Origin: an uncultured Actinomycetota bacterium
Lineage (GTDB): Bacteria > Actinomycetota > Actinomycetes > JAHEKZ01
Direction of reading: 5' to 3'
Assembly: GCA_963829525.1 (NCBI GenBank)
Contig: CAWHIJ010000003.1
Location: 800,001-864,000, forward strand
Length of the DNA stretch: 64,000 nt
This document shows positions 11,768-22,122 of the stretch, piece by piece. Made by a program: the position numbers and the translations under genes. A model generated the notes under the pieces. That model worked only from the letters and a program-made list of their open reading frames with translations, did no database searches and was not told the origin of the DNA. Each line of letters opens with the position of its first letter. The stretch's first letter is position 1.

Positions 11768-12826
11768 GTGACTTACCGGATGCCCGCTGAGTGGGAGCGC
11801 CACACCCGGACCTGGATGGCGCTGCCCCCTCCTGGTGGATACGTGGCCACCGAGGACCCGCCCGCGCTGGACGCGTGGATCGCGACGGCTAACGCCGTGA
11901 CGGTGTTCGAGCCGGTGTCGCTTCTTGTAGATGCCTCAGAGGTGGAGCGAGTCAGCGCCCTGATCGCACCAACGGTCGAGCTTGTGACGGCCGACTTCGA
12001 CGACGGCTGGCTGCGCGACAGTGGACCGACTTTCGTGATCGATGACTTCGATGGAACGCTCGCCGCTGTCCACTGGGTATTCAACGCGTGGGGTGGAATC
12101 CAAGAGCACGCGCGTGACGCACGCATCGGCGGTTTCGTTGCCGGCCGCGCGGGTGCATCGGTGGCTTCCAGCCAGATGGTGAACGAGGGTGGCGGCATCA
12201 GTGTCGACGGTGAGGGCACGGTGATCGTGACTGAGTCGGTGCAGTTGCACCAGCGCCGCAACCCAGGCTGGACTAAGCAACAGGTCGAGGAAGAGCTCGC
12301 CAGGACGATCGGTGCGACCACCGTTATCTGGCTGGAGCGTGGGCTGATGGGCGATATGCAGCAGTACCGTCCGGAAGTCGGCACGAACGGCCACGTGGAT
12401 GTGTTGGCAGCCTTTGTCCGGCCGGGAGTGGTCGTCGTCCACGGGCAGCCGGACCCGGCACATCACGACCACGCAGTGATGACCGAGAATGTCCACCGTC
12501 TGCAGGAAGCCCGCGACGCCCAGGGCAGAGCGCTTGAGATCATTACCATCGACGCGCCGAGGGATACCGTCGTCGATGGGGTCTCGATCGACCACAGTTA
12601 CATCAACTTTTCGTACGTCAACGACGGCTTGGTCATGTCGACGTTCGGCGATGCGAAAGCCGACGCGAACGCAGCCCGGATCTTGCAGGACCTCCACCCG
12701 GAGCGTCAGTTGGCCCAGGTGAACGCTGTGCCGATCTTCCGCAATGGGGGCGGTGTCCACTGCATCACCCAACAGGAGCCGGACGTCAGCGCCAAGCCGC
12801 TCGCGAGGAGTGACCTATCAGACTGA
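11768..12826 (+). CDS. Agmatine deiminase family protein
   Basis: RMPAEWE, WLRDSGP, NEGGGI, NGHVD, catalytic GGGVHCITQQEP. Confidence 0.93.
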   Translation: MTYRMPAEWERHTRTWMALPPPGGYVATEDPPALDAWIATANAVTVFEPVSLLVDASEVERVSALIAPTVELVTADFDDGWLRDSGPTFVIDDFDGTLAAVHWVFNAWGGIQEHARDARIGGFVAGRAGASVASSQMVNEGGGISVDGEGTVIVTESVQLHQRRNPGWTKQQVEEELARTIGATTVIWLERGLMGDMQQYRPEVGTNGHVDVLAAFVRPGVVVVHGQPDPAHHDHAVMTENVHRLQEARDAQGRALEIITIDAPRDTVVDGVSIDHSYINFSYVNDGLVMSTFGDAKADANAARILQDLHPERQLAQVNAVPIFRNGGGVHCITQQEPDVSAKPLARSDLSD

Positions 12827-12852
12827 GCGAGAACCGACGCGCCTCGGCGGTC

Positions 12853-13775
12853 GTGGCGTTTGGAGCGGGTCTCATCGTCGCCGTTCAAGGTCGGATCAAC
12901 GGTGAAGTCGGTGATCTCACGGGCAACGGCGTCCTTGGCGCCCTTCTCAACTTCACTGTGGGGTTGCTGCTGCTCATCGTGCTGGTTGGCGCGCGCAAGG
13001 TGACCCGAAGACGCTTTGCGGACACTCCCGTCGCTGGTCGGCCCGATCGGCCTGCCGTGGTGGACGCTCTTGGGTGGAGTCGGTGGAGCGATCTACGTCA
13101 CCGGACAATCCACCACGGTGGCGGTACTCGGCGTTGCACTCTTCACCGTGGCCACCGTGGCCGGATCGACCGGTGCCGGCCTGCTGGTGGACAAGGTCGG
13201 CCTGGGGCCCGGAGGGCGTGTTCCGGTGACGGCCTGGCGGGTCGTGGCGGCGCTTGTGGCGGTCGTCGCCGTCTGGGTGGGCTCTGGCGGCAGAGACGCC
13301 GAGGGTGCCGTCTCCATTCCGTTCCTGCTCCTGGCCCTGGTCGCAGGGGCGGCTGGTGCCGTTCAAGTGGGGCTCAACGGTCGGGTCTCCACAGCGACTG
13401 GTCAGCCCCTCGTCGCCACGCTCGTGAACTTCGTCGTCGGAATGCTGACACTGCTCGGCATTGTGGCCATGCAGTCGATAGTGGACCCGGCTGGTGTCGG
13501 GTCCCTGAAACCGGTAGCGGAGAAGCCGTGGCTGCTTGTCGGGCGGTGCCATGGGCGTTCTCTTTGTGGCGGGAGCTGCCTGGTCGGTGCGGGCTCTCGG
13601 GGTGCTCCTGCTTTCGTTGATCGTCTTGGCCGGGACGCTCGTGGGTGCGGTGGCTGTCGATCTCGTGCTACCGACCGAGGGGGCGACCGTCAACGGTTAC
13701 CTGGTGGTCGGCATCGCGCTCACGTTTGCATCGGTGGGGTTGGCGGTCATACGGCGGCGCGGTGGCCAGGCGTGA
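12853..13775 (+). CDS. DMT family (YdcZ-like) transporter; apparent frameshifts near 13020 and 13540, start uncertain
   Basis: Duplicated AVQGRING / AVQVGLNG and NFTVG / NFVVG halves spread over three frames. Confidence 0.75.
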
Positions 13776-13779
13776 CAGG

Positions 13780-14652
13780 ATGACCCTCGTGGCAGCGACA
13801 ATTCTCGATGGCAAAGCAACAGCGGCAGCAATCAAGTCCGAGCTCGCGACCCGTGTGGCGGCGCTCAAGGCCCAGGGAATCCATCCCGGGCTCGGGACGA
13901 TCCTGGTGGGGGACGATCCCGGCAGCCACTCCTACGTAGGTGGCAAGCACCGTGACTGCGCCGAGGTGGGGATCGCCAGCATTAGACGCGACCTGCCAGA
14001 CGACGCCTCACAGGCCGAGGTTGAGCGGGCCGTTGTCGAGCTCAACGCTGATCCAGCGTGTACGGGTTACATCGTCCAGCTGCCACTGCCCAAAGCGCTT
14101 GACCCGCACCGGGTGCTGGCTCTGATGCATCCGGAGAAGGACGCCGACGGGCTGCATCCGATGAACCTTGGCCGTCTCGTGCTCGGGGAAGCGGCTCCCC
14201 TGCCCTGCACTCCGCGCGGGATCGTTGAGTTGCTGCGTCGCTACGACGTGCCGATTGCGGGCGCGGAAGTTGTGGTGGTCGGCCGAGGCGTGACAGTGGG
14301 GCGCCCGCTGGGTCTGTTGCTCACCAGGCGCAGCGAGAACGCCACCGTGACGCTTTGTCACACCGGTACCCGCGACCTGCGCGCCCACCTGGCCAGGGCC
14401 GACATCATCGTGGCTGCGGCGGGGGTGCCCGGCCTTGTCACCGCAGACTCAATCCGTCCCGGTGCTGCAGTCCTGGACGTCGGGATCACCCGGACCGATC
14501 TCGGCTTGGTGGGGGATGTGTCCCCCGAGGTCTCCGAGGTGGCCGGGCACCTTGCACCGATGCCCGGCGGCACTGGCCCCATGACGAGGGCGATGCTCCT
14601 GGCCAACGTCGTCGAACGCGCCGAAGCACAGGCCGGGGCAGTGACGGTCTGA
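13780..14652 (+). CDS. folD: Methylenetetrahydrofolate dehydrogenase/cyclohydrolase
   Basis: [33 protein letters not shown]. Confidence 0.96.
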   Translation: MTLVAATILDGKATAAAIKSELATRVAALKAQGIHPGLGTILVGDDPGSHSYVGGKHRDCAEVGIASIRRDLPDDASQAEVERAVVELNADPACTGYIVQLPLPKALDPHRVLALMHPEKDADGLHPMNLGRLVLGEAAPLPCTPRGIVELLRRYDVPIAGAEVVVVGRGVTVGRPLGLLLTRRSENATVTLCHTGTRDLRAHLARADIIVAAAGVPGLVTADSIRPGAAVLDVGITRTDLGLVGDVSPEVSEVAGHLAPMPGGTGPMTRAMLLANVVERAEAQAGAVTV

Positions 14653-14654
14653 CC

Positions 14655-14990
14655 GTGGTCGCCGACGAGCCCCCCATGGTGCGCCTCGACGGCGAGGGCA
14701 ACCCGGTCGACGACCAGCCACTCATTGAGCGCACGATCGATCAGTGGCCGCTGGCCCTGGTACTGCTTGGTCTGACGTCTGGATTGGTCGTCTTGTCCTT
14801 CTACGACTTCCGGATTGGATCGGCCATGCTCGGCGCCGCGGTCGTCTTCGGAGCTGCGCTGCGTACCGTCCTGCCGCACGACCGAGCGGGGCTGCTGGCG
14901 ATCCGGAGCAGACCGATCGATCTCATCACGATGTACGGGTTGGGCATCGCGCTGACCACCGTTGCAGTGCTCGTTCCGGCGGCCCGCTAA
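14655..14990 (+). CDS. DUF3017 family membrane protein
   Basis: QWPLALVL...AGLLAIRSRPID; usual position after folD. Confidence 0.8.
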   Translation: MVADEPPMVRLDGEGNPVDDQPLIERTIDQWPLALVLLGLTSGLVVLSFYDFRIGSAMLGAAVVFGAALRTVLPHDRAGLLAIRSRPIDLITMYGLGIALTTVAVLVPAAR

Positions 14991-15036
14991 TCTCGGAGGC
15001 GTCCCGAACCCAATGCAAGGACCGGTGAGTACTTAC

Positions 15037-16005
15037 ATGACGTCAGTTACCCGCAGCCGCAAGGCCACCGTTGTCGGAGCGGGCTTTTACGGCTCGACCA
15101 CGGCCCAGCGACTCGCCGAGTACGACATCTTCGACTCGGTCGTCCTCACCGACATCGTCGAGGGCAAGCCTGAGGGTTTAGCCCTCGACATGAACCAGTC
15201 GCGTCCCATCGAAGGCTTCGAGACCAAGGTCGTCGGTGTCACGACCGACCCTGCCACGGGTGCCGGGTATGAGAAGACCGCTGACAGCGACATCGTGGTC
15301 ATTACCGCTGGACTGCCACGCAAGCCGGGCATGAGCCGCATGGACCTCATCGAGACGAATGCCAAGATCGTGCGCGGTGTGGCCGAGAACGTGGCCAAGC
15401 ACTCACCCAACGCCGTCATCATTGTTGTGTCCAATCCACTGGACGAGATGACGGCCCTGGCTCAGCTGGCCAGCGGATTCCCGAAGGAGAGGGTGATCGG
15501 CCAGGCTGGAATGCTCGACACCGCCCGCTTCACCCACTTCGTCGCCGAGACGCTGGCCGTTCCGGTGGCGTCGGTTCGGACACTCACCCTCGGGTCGCAC
15601 GGCGACACGATGGTGCCCGTTCCCAGCCGCTGCACTGTCGACGGCAAGCCTCTGGCTGACCTCTTGCCGGCCGACAAGATCGAAGAGCTCGTGGTACGTA
15701 CTCGCAACGGTGGCGCCGAGGTCGTTGCTCTGCTCAAGACCGGGTCCGCCTACTACGCCCCCTCCGCCGCCGCTGCTCGCATGGCCAGGGCCGTTGCCGA
15801 AGACTCCGGTGCCGTCATGCCGGTGTGTGCGTGGGTCGACGGTGAGTACGGGATCGCCGGTGTCTACCTCGGCGTCGAGGCGGAAATCGGTGCTGCTGGG
15901 ATCCGCAAGGTGGTTGAGGCCGATCTGACCGAGTCCGAGCTCGCTGGGCTGAAGGAAGCCGCTGAGGCGGTCCGCGCCAAGCAGGCCGACGTCGTCGAGC
16001 TCTAG
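15037..16005 (+). CDS. mdh: Malate dehydrogenase (LDH-like type)
   Basis: [40 protein letters not shown]. Confidence 0.94.
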   Translation: MTSVTRSRKATVVGAGFYGSTTAQRLAEYDIFDSVVLTDIVEGKPEGLALDMNQSRPIEGFETKVVGVTTDPATGAGYEKTADSDIVVITAGLPRKPGMSRMDLIETNAKIVRGVAENVAKHSPNAVIIVVSNPLDEMTALAQLASGFPKERVIGQAGMLDTARFTHFVAETLAVPVASVRTLTLGSHGDTMVPVPSRCTVDGKPLADLLPADKIEELVVRTRNGGAEVVALLKTGSAYYAPSAAAARMARAVAEDSGAVMPVCAWVDGEYGIAGVYLGVEAEIGAAGIRKVVEADLTESELAGLKEAAEAVRAKQADVVEL

Positions 16006-16054
16006 AGCTCTCCGACCCTCCAACGAAGTACCGACGCCGAAAGGGCTCCGCTTG

Positions 16055-17272
16055 ATGGCCAAGATCAAGGTCGACAACCCGGTCGTCGAGCTCGACGGCG
16101 ATGAGATGACGCGCATCATCTGGGCATTCATCAAAGAACAGCTGATCTTGCCTTACCTCGACATCGACCTGAAGTACTACGACCTCGGGATCGAGAGCCG
16201 GGATGCGACCGACGATCAGGTCACGGTCGATGCGGCAAACGCGATCAAGCGGTACGGCGTCGGAGTCAAGTGCGCCACCATCACTCCCGACGAAGCCCGC
16301 GTGGAGGAGTTCGGGCTCAAGAAGATGTGGCGGTCGCCGAATGGAACCATCCGTAACATCTTGGACGGCGTCATATTCCGAGAGCCGATCATCATCAGCA
16401 ACATCCCGAGGCTGGTACCTGGCTGGACCAAGCCGATCGTGATCGGGCGTCACGCGCACGGCGACCAGTACAAGGCAACGGATTTCGTCGTTCCCGGCCC
16501 TGGCAAGGTCACCATCACCTATCAGCCGGCCGACGGCAGCGAACCTATGGAGTTCGACATCGCTGACTTCCCCGGCGGCGGTGTCGCGATGGGGATGTAC
16601 AACTTCGACGCCTCGATCCGCGACTTCGCGCGGGCATCGATGCGCTATGGGCTGGCGCGCAACTTCCCGGTGTATCTGTCGACGAAGAACACCATCCTCA
16701 AGGCGTATGACGGCCGGTTCAAGGACCTCTTCGCCGAGGTGTTCGAGTCGGAGTTCAAAGCCGAGTTCGAGTCGGCCGGGATTACCTACGAGCACCGCCT
16801 CATCGACGACATGGTGGCCGCTGCCATGAAGTGGGAGGGCGGATACGTATGGGCCTGCAAGAACTACGACGGCGACGTGCAGTCCGACACGGTGGCGCAG
16901 GGGTTTGGCTCGCTGGGGCTGATGACCTCAGTGCTGATGACGCCAGACGGAAAGACCGTCGAGGCTGAGGCAGCGCACGGCACCGTCACCCGCCACTATC
17001 GGCAGCATCAACAGGGCAAGCCCACATCGACCAACCCGATCGCCTCTATCTTCGCTTGGACCCGTGGCTTGCATCACCGCGGAACAGTTGACGGCAACCC
17101 TGCACTGCAGCAGTTCGCCACCGATCTGGAATTGGTCTGCGTGGAGACAGTCGAGAGCGGCAAGATGACCAAAGACCTCGCGCTCCTGGTCGGTCCCGGG
17201 CAAGACTGGCTCAACACCCAGGACTTCCTGGCCGCGCTCGATGAGAACTTGCAGGCCAAGCGCGCCGGCTAG
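16055..17272 (+). CDS. icd: NADP-dependent isocitrate dehydrogenase (dimeric)
   Basis: [37 protein letters not shown]. Confidence 0.97.
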   Translation: MAKIKVDNPVVELDGDEMTRIIWAFIKEQLILPYLDIDLKYYDLGIESRDATDDQVTVDAANAIKRYGVGVKCATITPDEARVEEFGLKKMWRSPNGTIRNILDGVIFREPIIISNIPRLVPGWTKPIVIGRHAHGDQYKATDFVVPGPGKVTITYQPADGSEPMEFDIADFPGGGVAMGMYNFDASIRDFARASMRYGLARNFPVYLSTKNTILKAYDGRFKDLFAEVFESEFKAEFESAGITYEHRLIDDMVAAAMKWEGGYVWACKNYDGDVQSDTVAQGFGSLGLMTSVLMTPDGKTVEAEAAHGTVTRHYRQHQQGKPTSTNPIASIFAWTRGLHHRGTVDGNPALQQFATDLELVCVETVESGKMTKDLALLVGPGQDWLNTQDFLAALDENLQAKRAG

Positions 17273-17279
17273 CACTCCC

Positions 17280-17351
17280 GCCGAGTGCACACCTCGTTGA
17301 AGTTATCCGGTGCCGAGTGCACCGTCAGGCGATAGCGTCGTGTCCACTCGG
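17280..17351. repeat. Short intergenic REP-like cluster
   Basis: GCCGAGTGCAC at 17280 and 17312; near-inverted GTCCACTCGG at 17342. Confidence 0.5.
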
Positions 17352-17401
17352 TTTGCAGTGGGACAGGATGTGCGCGGGGTTACACCACAGGCGGAGGGCC
17401 A

Positions 17402-18091
17402 ATGGCTGAGCACGTGACATTTGCAAGCAACGGTGGATCGTGTGGCGGGCTCTTCGCCGTACCAGCGTCTGGACGCGGTCCTGGCGTTGTGATCATCCAG
17501 GAGTGGTGGGGGTTAGTCCCCCATGTCGAGAGCCTGGTCGACCGGTTCGCCGAGGCTGGCTTTGTCGCTCTGGCGCCAGACCTCTACCACGGTGCCAGCA
17601 CCGATGAGCCCGACGAGGCGATGCGGATGATGATGGCTCTAGCCATGGATCCGGCCGCTCGAGACATCGCAGGCGCCGCACGGTTTCTCTTCGAGAGCGA
17701 CCCGACGAGCGGCAACGGAATCGGGGCCGTCGGTTTCTGTATGGGCGGATCGTTGGCCCTGTGGTCGGCGACCCTTGCGCCGCAGCTGACGACAGCAGTG
17801 GGCTTCTACCCAGCGTTGCCGTGGGACAGAATGAGTCCTGAGTGGCCGAACTACTCCGGCAAGGCAGCGATGATCCACTGCTCGGAGCAGGACGGAACGT
17901 CGACGGCCGAAGGGATCCAACAGGCAAAGACGGCTATTGAGAAAGCCGGCGGCAGCATCGAGCTCTTCGACTACCCCGGCACCCAGCATGCGTTCTTCAA
18001 CGATGAGCGCCCCGAGGTCTACGACTCTGCAGCCTCTGCCACGGCGTGGGAGCGCACCATCAAGTTCTTGCACGACCGGCTCTCGGGTTGA
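17402..18091 (+). CDS. Dienelactone hydrolase family protein
   Basis: QEWWGL, APDLY, GFCMGG nucleophile, HAFFND. Confidence 0.93.
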   Translation: MAEHVTFASNGGSCGGLFAVPASGRGPGVVIIQEWWGLVPHVESLVDRFAEAGFVALAPDLYHGASTDEPDEAMRMMMALAMDPAARDIAGAARFLFESDPTSGNGIGAVGFCMGGSLALWSATLAPQLTTAVGFYPALPWDRMSPEWPNYSGKAAMIHCSEQDGTSTAEGIQQAKTAIEKAGGSIELFDYPGTQHAFFNDERPEVYDSAASATAWERTIKFLHDRLSG

Positions 18092-18834
18092 GTCCAAAGG
18101 TTGACGCGGTCCGCGACGCAGCCGCGGTGGTCGTTGCTGCCGCAGGGGCGACGAGTCTGGCCCAGCTCGATGGATGCGTCGGTGCGTGCAGGGCGTGTGA
18201 GCGTCTGGTCGATTGGCGCGAACGCGTCGCTGTCGAGAAGCGACGCGCCTTCGCCGACGAGGTCTACTGGGGTCGTGCGGTGCCAGGGTTCGGTGACCCG
18301 GACGCAAAGATCGTGATCGTCGGATTGGCTCCAGCGGCGCACGGTGCCAACCGGACTGGGCGGATGTTCACCGGTGACCGCAGCGGCGACTGGCTCTACG
18401 CCGCACTGCACCGAGCCGGCTTCGCCAACCAGCCGACATCGGTCTCCGCCGACGACGGATTGCGACTCACTGGCGTCCGGATCACCGCTGCCGTGCGATG
18501 TGCCCCGCCGAACAACCATCCGACGCCGGGGGAGCGCGACACCTGCGCCCCATGGTTGGACGCCGAGTTGCGGCTGCTGCCCGAAGCCCGGGTCGTGGTT
18601 GCCCTGGGAGGGTTTGCCTGGATCGCTGCCTTAGCCGCGCTGGGCAGGGCTGGGGCGCAGGTGCCGCGCCCGCGTCCTCGGTTTGGCCACGGTGCGGAGG
18701 CCGCGATGGGCAGGTGGACGCTGGTGGGGTCATTCCACCCGAGCCAGCAGAACACCTTCACCGGGCGGCTGACCGAACCCATGCTCGACGACGTGTTCAG
18801 CCGAGCTCGCGTTTTGGTTGGACTCAACGCATAA
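18088..18834 (+). CDS. udgB: Uracil-DNA glycosylase family 5 (UdgB-like, Fe-S)
   Basis: [29 protein letters not shown]; TTG start overlapping the upstream stop. Confidence 0.88.
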   Translation: MSPKVDAVRDAAAVVVAAAGATSLAQLDGCVGACRACERLVDWRERVAVEKRRAFADEVYWGRAVPGFGDPDAKIVIVGLAPAAHGANRTGRMFTGDRSGDWLYAALHRAGFANQPTSVSADDGLRLTGVRITAAVRCAPPNNHPTPGERDTCAPWLDAELRLLPEARVVVALGGFAWIAALAALGRAGAQVPRPRPRFGHGAEAAMGRWTLVGSFHPSQQNTFTGRLTEPMLDDVFSRARVLVGLNA

Positions 18835-18893
18835 CTTGATGTCAAGTTTTTGCCTCTCCGTCCACCCTGGGGGTTGCGCCGGGTTCCTACATT
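18833..18893 (+). promoter_or_regulatory. Palindrome AACTTGA-TG-TCAAGTT and -10 box TACATT upstream of ndh (probably leaderless)
   Basis: 7-bp perfect arms 18833-18848; TACATT 18888-18893, 6 nt before ATG. Confidence 0.45.
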
Positions 18894-18899
18894 GGTCTC

Positions 18900-20252
18900 A
18901 TGAGTGCTGCACCAGACACCCGGACCCCGCTCCCCCGCATCTTGATCGTCGGGGGTGGATACGTCGGGCTCTACTCGGCCATGCGACTCCTGAAGAAGCT
19001 GCGCAACGACGAAGCCGTCGTAACGGTCGTCAACCCCCGGTCATACATGACGTACCAGCCGTTCCTTCCGGAAGCTGCTGCTGGTGCGGTCTCACCGCGG
19101 CACGTCGTCGTGCCACTGCGCAGGGTGCTGCGCGGGGCAGAGATCATTGCGGCCAAGGTCACCGAGATCAACCACGCCAATCGAACGGCGACCATCCAGC
19201 CGCTGGAAGGTGACGCGTATCCGCTCCAGTACGACCACCTGGTGATGGCGGTCGGCTCAGTCTCGCGGACCCTGCCCATCCCGGGCTTGGCCGAGTGGGC
19301 GACCGGCTTCAAGACCGTCGAGGAAGCGATTCAGCTGCGCAACCGCGTATTGGAGTGCCTCGACATCGCTGAGTCGACGCACTCACCGGAGATCCGCGAG
19401 CGCAACCTCAACTTCGTCGTGGTCGGCGGTGGGTACGCCGGGGTCGAAGCTCTCGCCGAGCTGGAGGACATGGCTCGGTATGCCACGCGGTACTACCCCG
19501 GCATCGATTCCGACGAAGTGAGATTCCACCTCGTCGAGGCTACTGGGCAGGTCCTGCCCGAAGTCGGCCCCGAGATGGGAGTCTGGACGCTTGAGCAACT
19601 GCGCAAGCGGGGGATCGACGTCAAGCTCGAGACGCGACTCGAGTCCTGCGTGAGCGGTCATATCGTGCTGTCGGACGGCACCGAGTTCGACGCTGAGACA
19701 CTCGTGTGGACTGCCGGCGTCAAGGCGAGCCCGGTCTTGCAGAACACCGACCTCCCGCTCAACGAGCGCGGACGGCTGCTCGCCGACGTCCACCTTCAGG
19801 TGGTCGGTACCACCAACGCGTGGGGTGCTGGTGACGGAGCGGCAGTTCCCGACCTCACCACCGATGACAACCGTGAGTGCGCACCGAACGCTCAACATGC
19901 TGTCCGCCAGTCGAAGGTGTTGGCCGACAACGTGGTCGCGGCGCTTCGCGGGTTCCCCCTGCACGAGTACAAGCACAAGTACGTGGGCTCCGTTGCCGGC
20001 CTTGGTCTCTACAAGGGCGTCGCAAATGTGTACGGCGTCAAGGTCAAGGGGCTGCCGGCATGGTTCATGCACCGGACCTACCACATGAGCAGGGTGCCGA
20101 CCCTGAACCGCAAGATCCGAGTGATCGTCGACTGGACGATGGCCCTCTTCTTCAAGCGCGAGATCGTCTCACTCTGGTCCATGCACGAGCCATTCACCGA
20201 GTTCCAGGCGGCCGCTACCCCACCGTCTCGCCGCCTGCCACCGGCTGCCTGA
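18900..20252 (+). CDS. ndh: Type II NADH dehydrogenase family FAD oxidoreductase
   Basis: GGGYVG and GGGYAGVE dinucleotide motifs, YQPFL, WTAGV. Confidence 0.88.
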   Translation: MSAAPDTRTPLPRILIVGGGYVGLYSAMRLLKKLRNDEAVVTVVNPRSYMTYQPFLPEAAAGAVSPRHVVVPLRRVLRGAEIIAAKVTEINHANRTATIQPLEGDAYPLQYDHLVMAVGSVSRTLPIPGLAEWATGFKTVEEAIQLRNRVLECLDIAESTHSPEIRERNLNFVVVGGGYAGVEALAELEDMARYATRYYPGIDSDEVRFHLVEATGQVLPEVGPEMGVWTLEQLRKRGIDVKLETRLESCVSGHIVLSDGTEFDAETLVWTAGVKASPVLQNTDLPLNERGRLLADVHLQVVGTTNAWGAGDGAAVPDLTTDDNRECAPNAQHAVRQSKVLADNVVAALRGFPLHEYKHKYVGSVAGLGLYKGVANVYGVKVKGLPAWFMHRTYHMSRVPTLNRKIRVIVDWTMALFFKREIVSLWSMHEPFTEFQAAATPPSRRLPPAA

Positions 20253-20304
20253 CTCGCGCCTCCAGGGCTGGGCCTGAGCGTTCAACGCACTAATCTGAAG
20301 GCTG

Positions 20305-20386
20305 GCCCGGATGGCGTAACTGGCAGCCGCTGACCACTTAAAATGGTTTGCCGAAAGGCGTGTGGGTTCGAGTCCCACTCCGGGCA
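20305..20386 (+). tRNA. tRNA-Leu (anticodon TAA), CCA not encoded
   Basis: Acceptor GCCCGGA/TCCGGGC plus discriminator A; anticodon arm GACCA-CTTAAAA-TGGTT; long variable arm GCC-GAAA-GGC; T-loop GGTTCGAGTCC. Confidence 0.93.
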
Positions 20387-20535
20387 CGTTGCAGAGCCGA
20401 TTTGTCGTTTTCTTGGCCCCGATCGGACATCCGGGCTGTGCTTACACCCGAAATGAGTTACCGTTGTTCTACCGGCCACCGGCCGGAGTACCTGTTGGAC
20501 GACGTCTCGTCTCACGAAAGGGCCGATCAGTCCGG

Positions 20536-21381
20536 ATGGAAACGCGCAACCCCGTCATCGCTCGTATGGAGAAGGAAGCCAAGGCCAACGGCGGCTACGC
20601 CGGAATCGGAACGGCGACCGCCACTCAGACCGCACCAGCTGGCTACGACGTCCCACCAACGATGCCGGTCGAGATGACCCCCGCTGGTACGCCGATGACT
20701 GTCAACGACGTCGTGGTGCGTACGGCAACATTGTTCGTCCCGCTGCTCATCACCGCCTATCTGGCCTGGACGCTGGAGGTCGGCACCGGCATCGTCCTGA
20801 TCGCCATGTTGGTCGCGCTCGGGCTCGGCTTCTGGGGGGCGTTGTCGAAGAAGGTGCGGCCTGTCGTCTTCCTCGCCTATGCCACTGTCGAAGGCGTTGT
20901 TGTCGGTGGCTTCAGCTTCTGGATGCAGGAGTACGTCAACCAAAGCCAGTGGGCAGCTGGGAACCCAGACCCGCCCAATATCGTTCTCCAAGCCGTTATC
21001 GGCACGCTCGCGGCCTTCACCGCGATGCTCGTCCTCTACGGCACCCGGATCATCAAGGTCACTGGCCGCTTCAAGAAGATGATGGCCGTCGCATTCTTGG
21101 CCTACTTCGGGATCGCCATCATCAGCCTGTTCGCCTCGTTCTTCGGAGTCGGTGGCGGCTGGGGCTTCTACGGAGTTGACGGCTTGGGTCTGCTGCTCTG
21201 CGCGGCGGGAGTGGCGCTGGCGTCGTTCTCGCTGGTGCTCGACTTCGATGCGATCGAGACGGGCGTTGCAGCTGGCCTGCCCGAGAAGGAGTCGTGGCGC
21301 GCGGCCTTCGGTCTGACCGTCACCTTGGTCTGGCTCTACCTTGAGATCTTGCGCTTGCTCGCGATCCTCAACCGCAGTTAG
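20536..21381 (+). CDS. Bax inhibitor-1/YccA family membrane protein
   Basis: METRNPV, MTVNDVV, multiple TM segments, W..AFGLTVTLVWLYLEILRLL. Confidence 0.92.
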   Translation: METRNPVIARMEKEAKANGGYAGIGTATATQTAPAGYDVPPTMPVEMTPAGTPMTVNDVVVRTATLFVPLLITAYLAWTLEVGTGIVLIAMLVALGLGFWGALSKKVRPVVFLAYATVEGVVVGGFSFWMQEYVNQSQWAAGNPDPPNIVLQAVIGTLAAFTAMLVLYGTRIIKVTGRFKKMMAVAFLAYFGIAIISLFASFFGVGGGWGFYGVDGLGLLLCAAGVALASFSLVLDFDAIETGVAAGLPEKESWRAAFGLTVTLVWLYLEILRLLAILNRS

Positions 21382-21400
21382 CCGCGCCACCGTCTCACAG

Positions 21401-21443
21401 CGAAGGGGCCGCCGGACCGTTCACACGGTCGGCGGCCCCTTCG
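21401..21443. terminator. Probable bidirectional terminator between convergent genes
   Basis: CGAAGGGGCCGCCGGACCGT-TCAC-ACGGTCGGCGGCCCCTTCG. Confidence 0.75.
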
Positions 21444-21458
21444 TCTGTGGGCCCGGCG

Positions 21459-21692
21459 CTACTGCACGCGCCGGGCGGCTCGCACCTTGTCGTACTCGTG
21501 CACGACGGCGGTGGCGTAGCTATGCGGGATTTCGTGCTCGTCCTGCAGCCAATGGACTCGCTCTTCGAAGCGGGTCAGCGCTGGGCCGTCCTGCACCACC
21601 TGAAACCACTCGTCGATCGGCTTTCCCGTTGCCTCAGGCAGACGGGCGACCAGATTGGCGTGGGTCTCTTCGGAGTGGTGCAGAGAAGACAT
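21459..21692 (-). CDS. DUF4287 family protein
   Basis: HSEETHANLVARLPEATGKPIDEW...WLQDEHEIPHSYATAVVH. Confidence 0.85.
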   Translation of the reverse strand: MSSLHHSEETHANLVARLPEATGKPIDEWFQVVQDGPALTRFEERVHWLQDEHEIPHSYATAVVHEYDKVRAARRVQ

Positions 21693-21784
21693 GGCAACTC
21701 CCGATGCTGAAGGAACGTGGCTCTACCGTGCCTCAGTGTGCCCCGGGCCGCAAGACCCGAAAGGTCCCGAGATAACGTGCGTCC

Positions 21785-22111
21785 GTGCCCGATCTGCAGG
21801 AAGACCGAAAGGCGTTGAATCGGCTCTGCGACCGGCTCCGTTCTGCGCCGGAGACGCGCTTGGTGCGGGTCGAAGACCGGCTTTGCGGTGCCTCGGTGGC
21901 CGACGCCGTGCACGGGGCAGCGGCGTGGGCAGCGTCGGTGCAAGGGATCAGTGACCAGGTCCCACGGCTGCATCCGCTGGCCAGTGGTGACCAGCTGCGT
22001 GTGGTGGGCGGCGACTTGCTCGACTGGGTTGCCGGCACCCCAACCGACGGCACCGAGGACGTGCTGGCGGAGTGGCGGGCGCTGGTCGAACGCCTGCGAG
22101 TGGTGGTCTGA
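21785..22111 (+). CDS. Hypothetical protein
   Basis: Fills the gap between DUF4287 and the SGNH gene; GDQLRVVGGDLL. Confidence 0.55.
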   Translation: MPDLQEDRKALNRLCDRLRSAPETRLVRVEDRLCGASVADAVHGAAAWAASVQGISDQVPRLHPLASGDQLRVVGGDLLDWVAGTPTDGTEDVLAEWRALVERLRVVV

Positions 22112-22122
22112 CCCCGTAAGGG

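Noticed and set aside
20305-20386. bldA-like translational control by tRNA-Leu(UAA)
   Set aside because: TTA codons occur in core genes here (purH GGA-TTA-GCT, mdh GGT-TTA-GCC), so TTA is not confined to dispensable genes.
20360-20535. Genomic island integrated at the tRNA 3' end
   Set aside because: I saw no duplicate of the tRNA 3' end and no integrase; a housekeeping-type gene follows.
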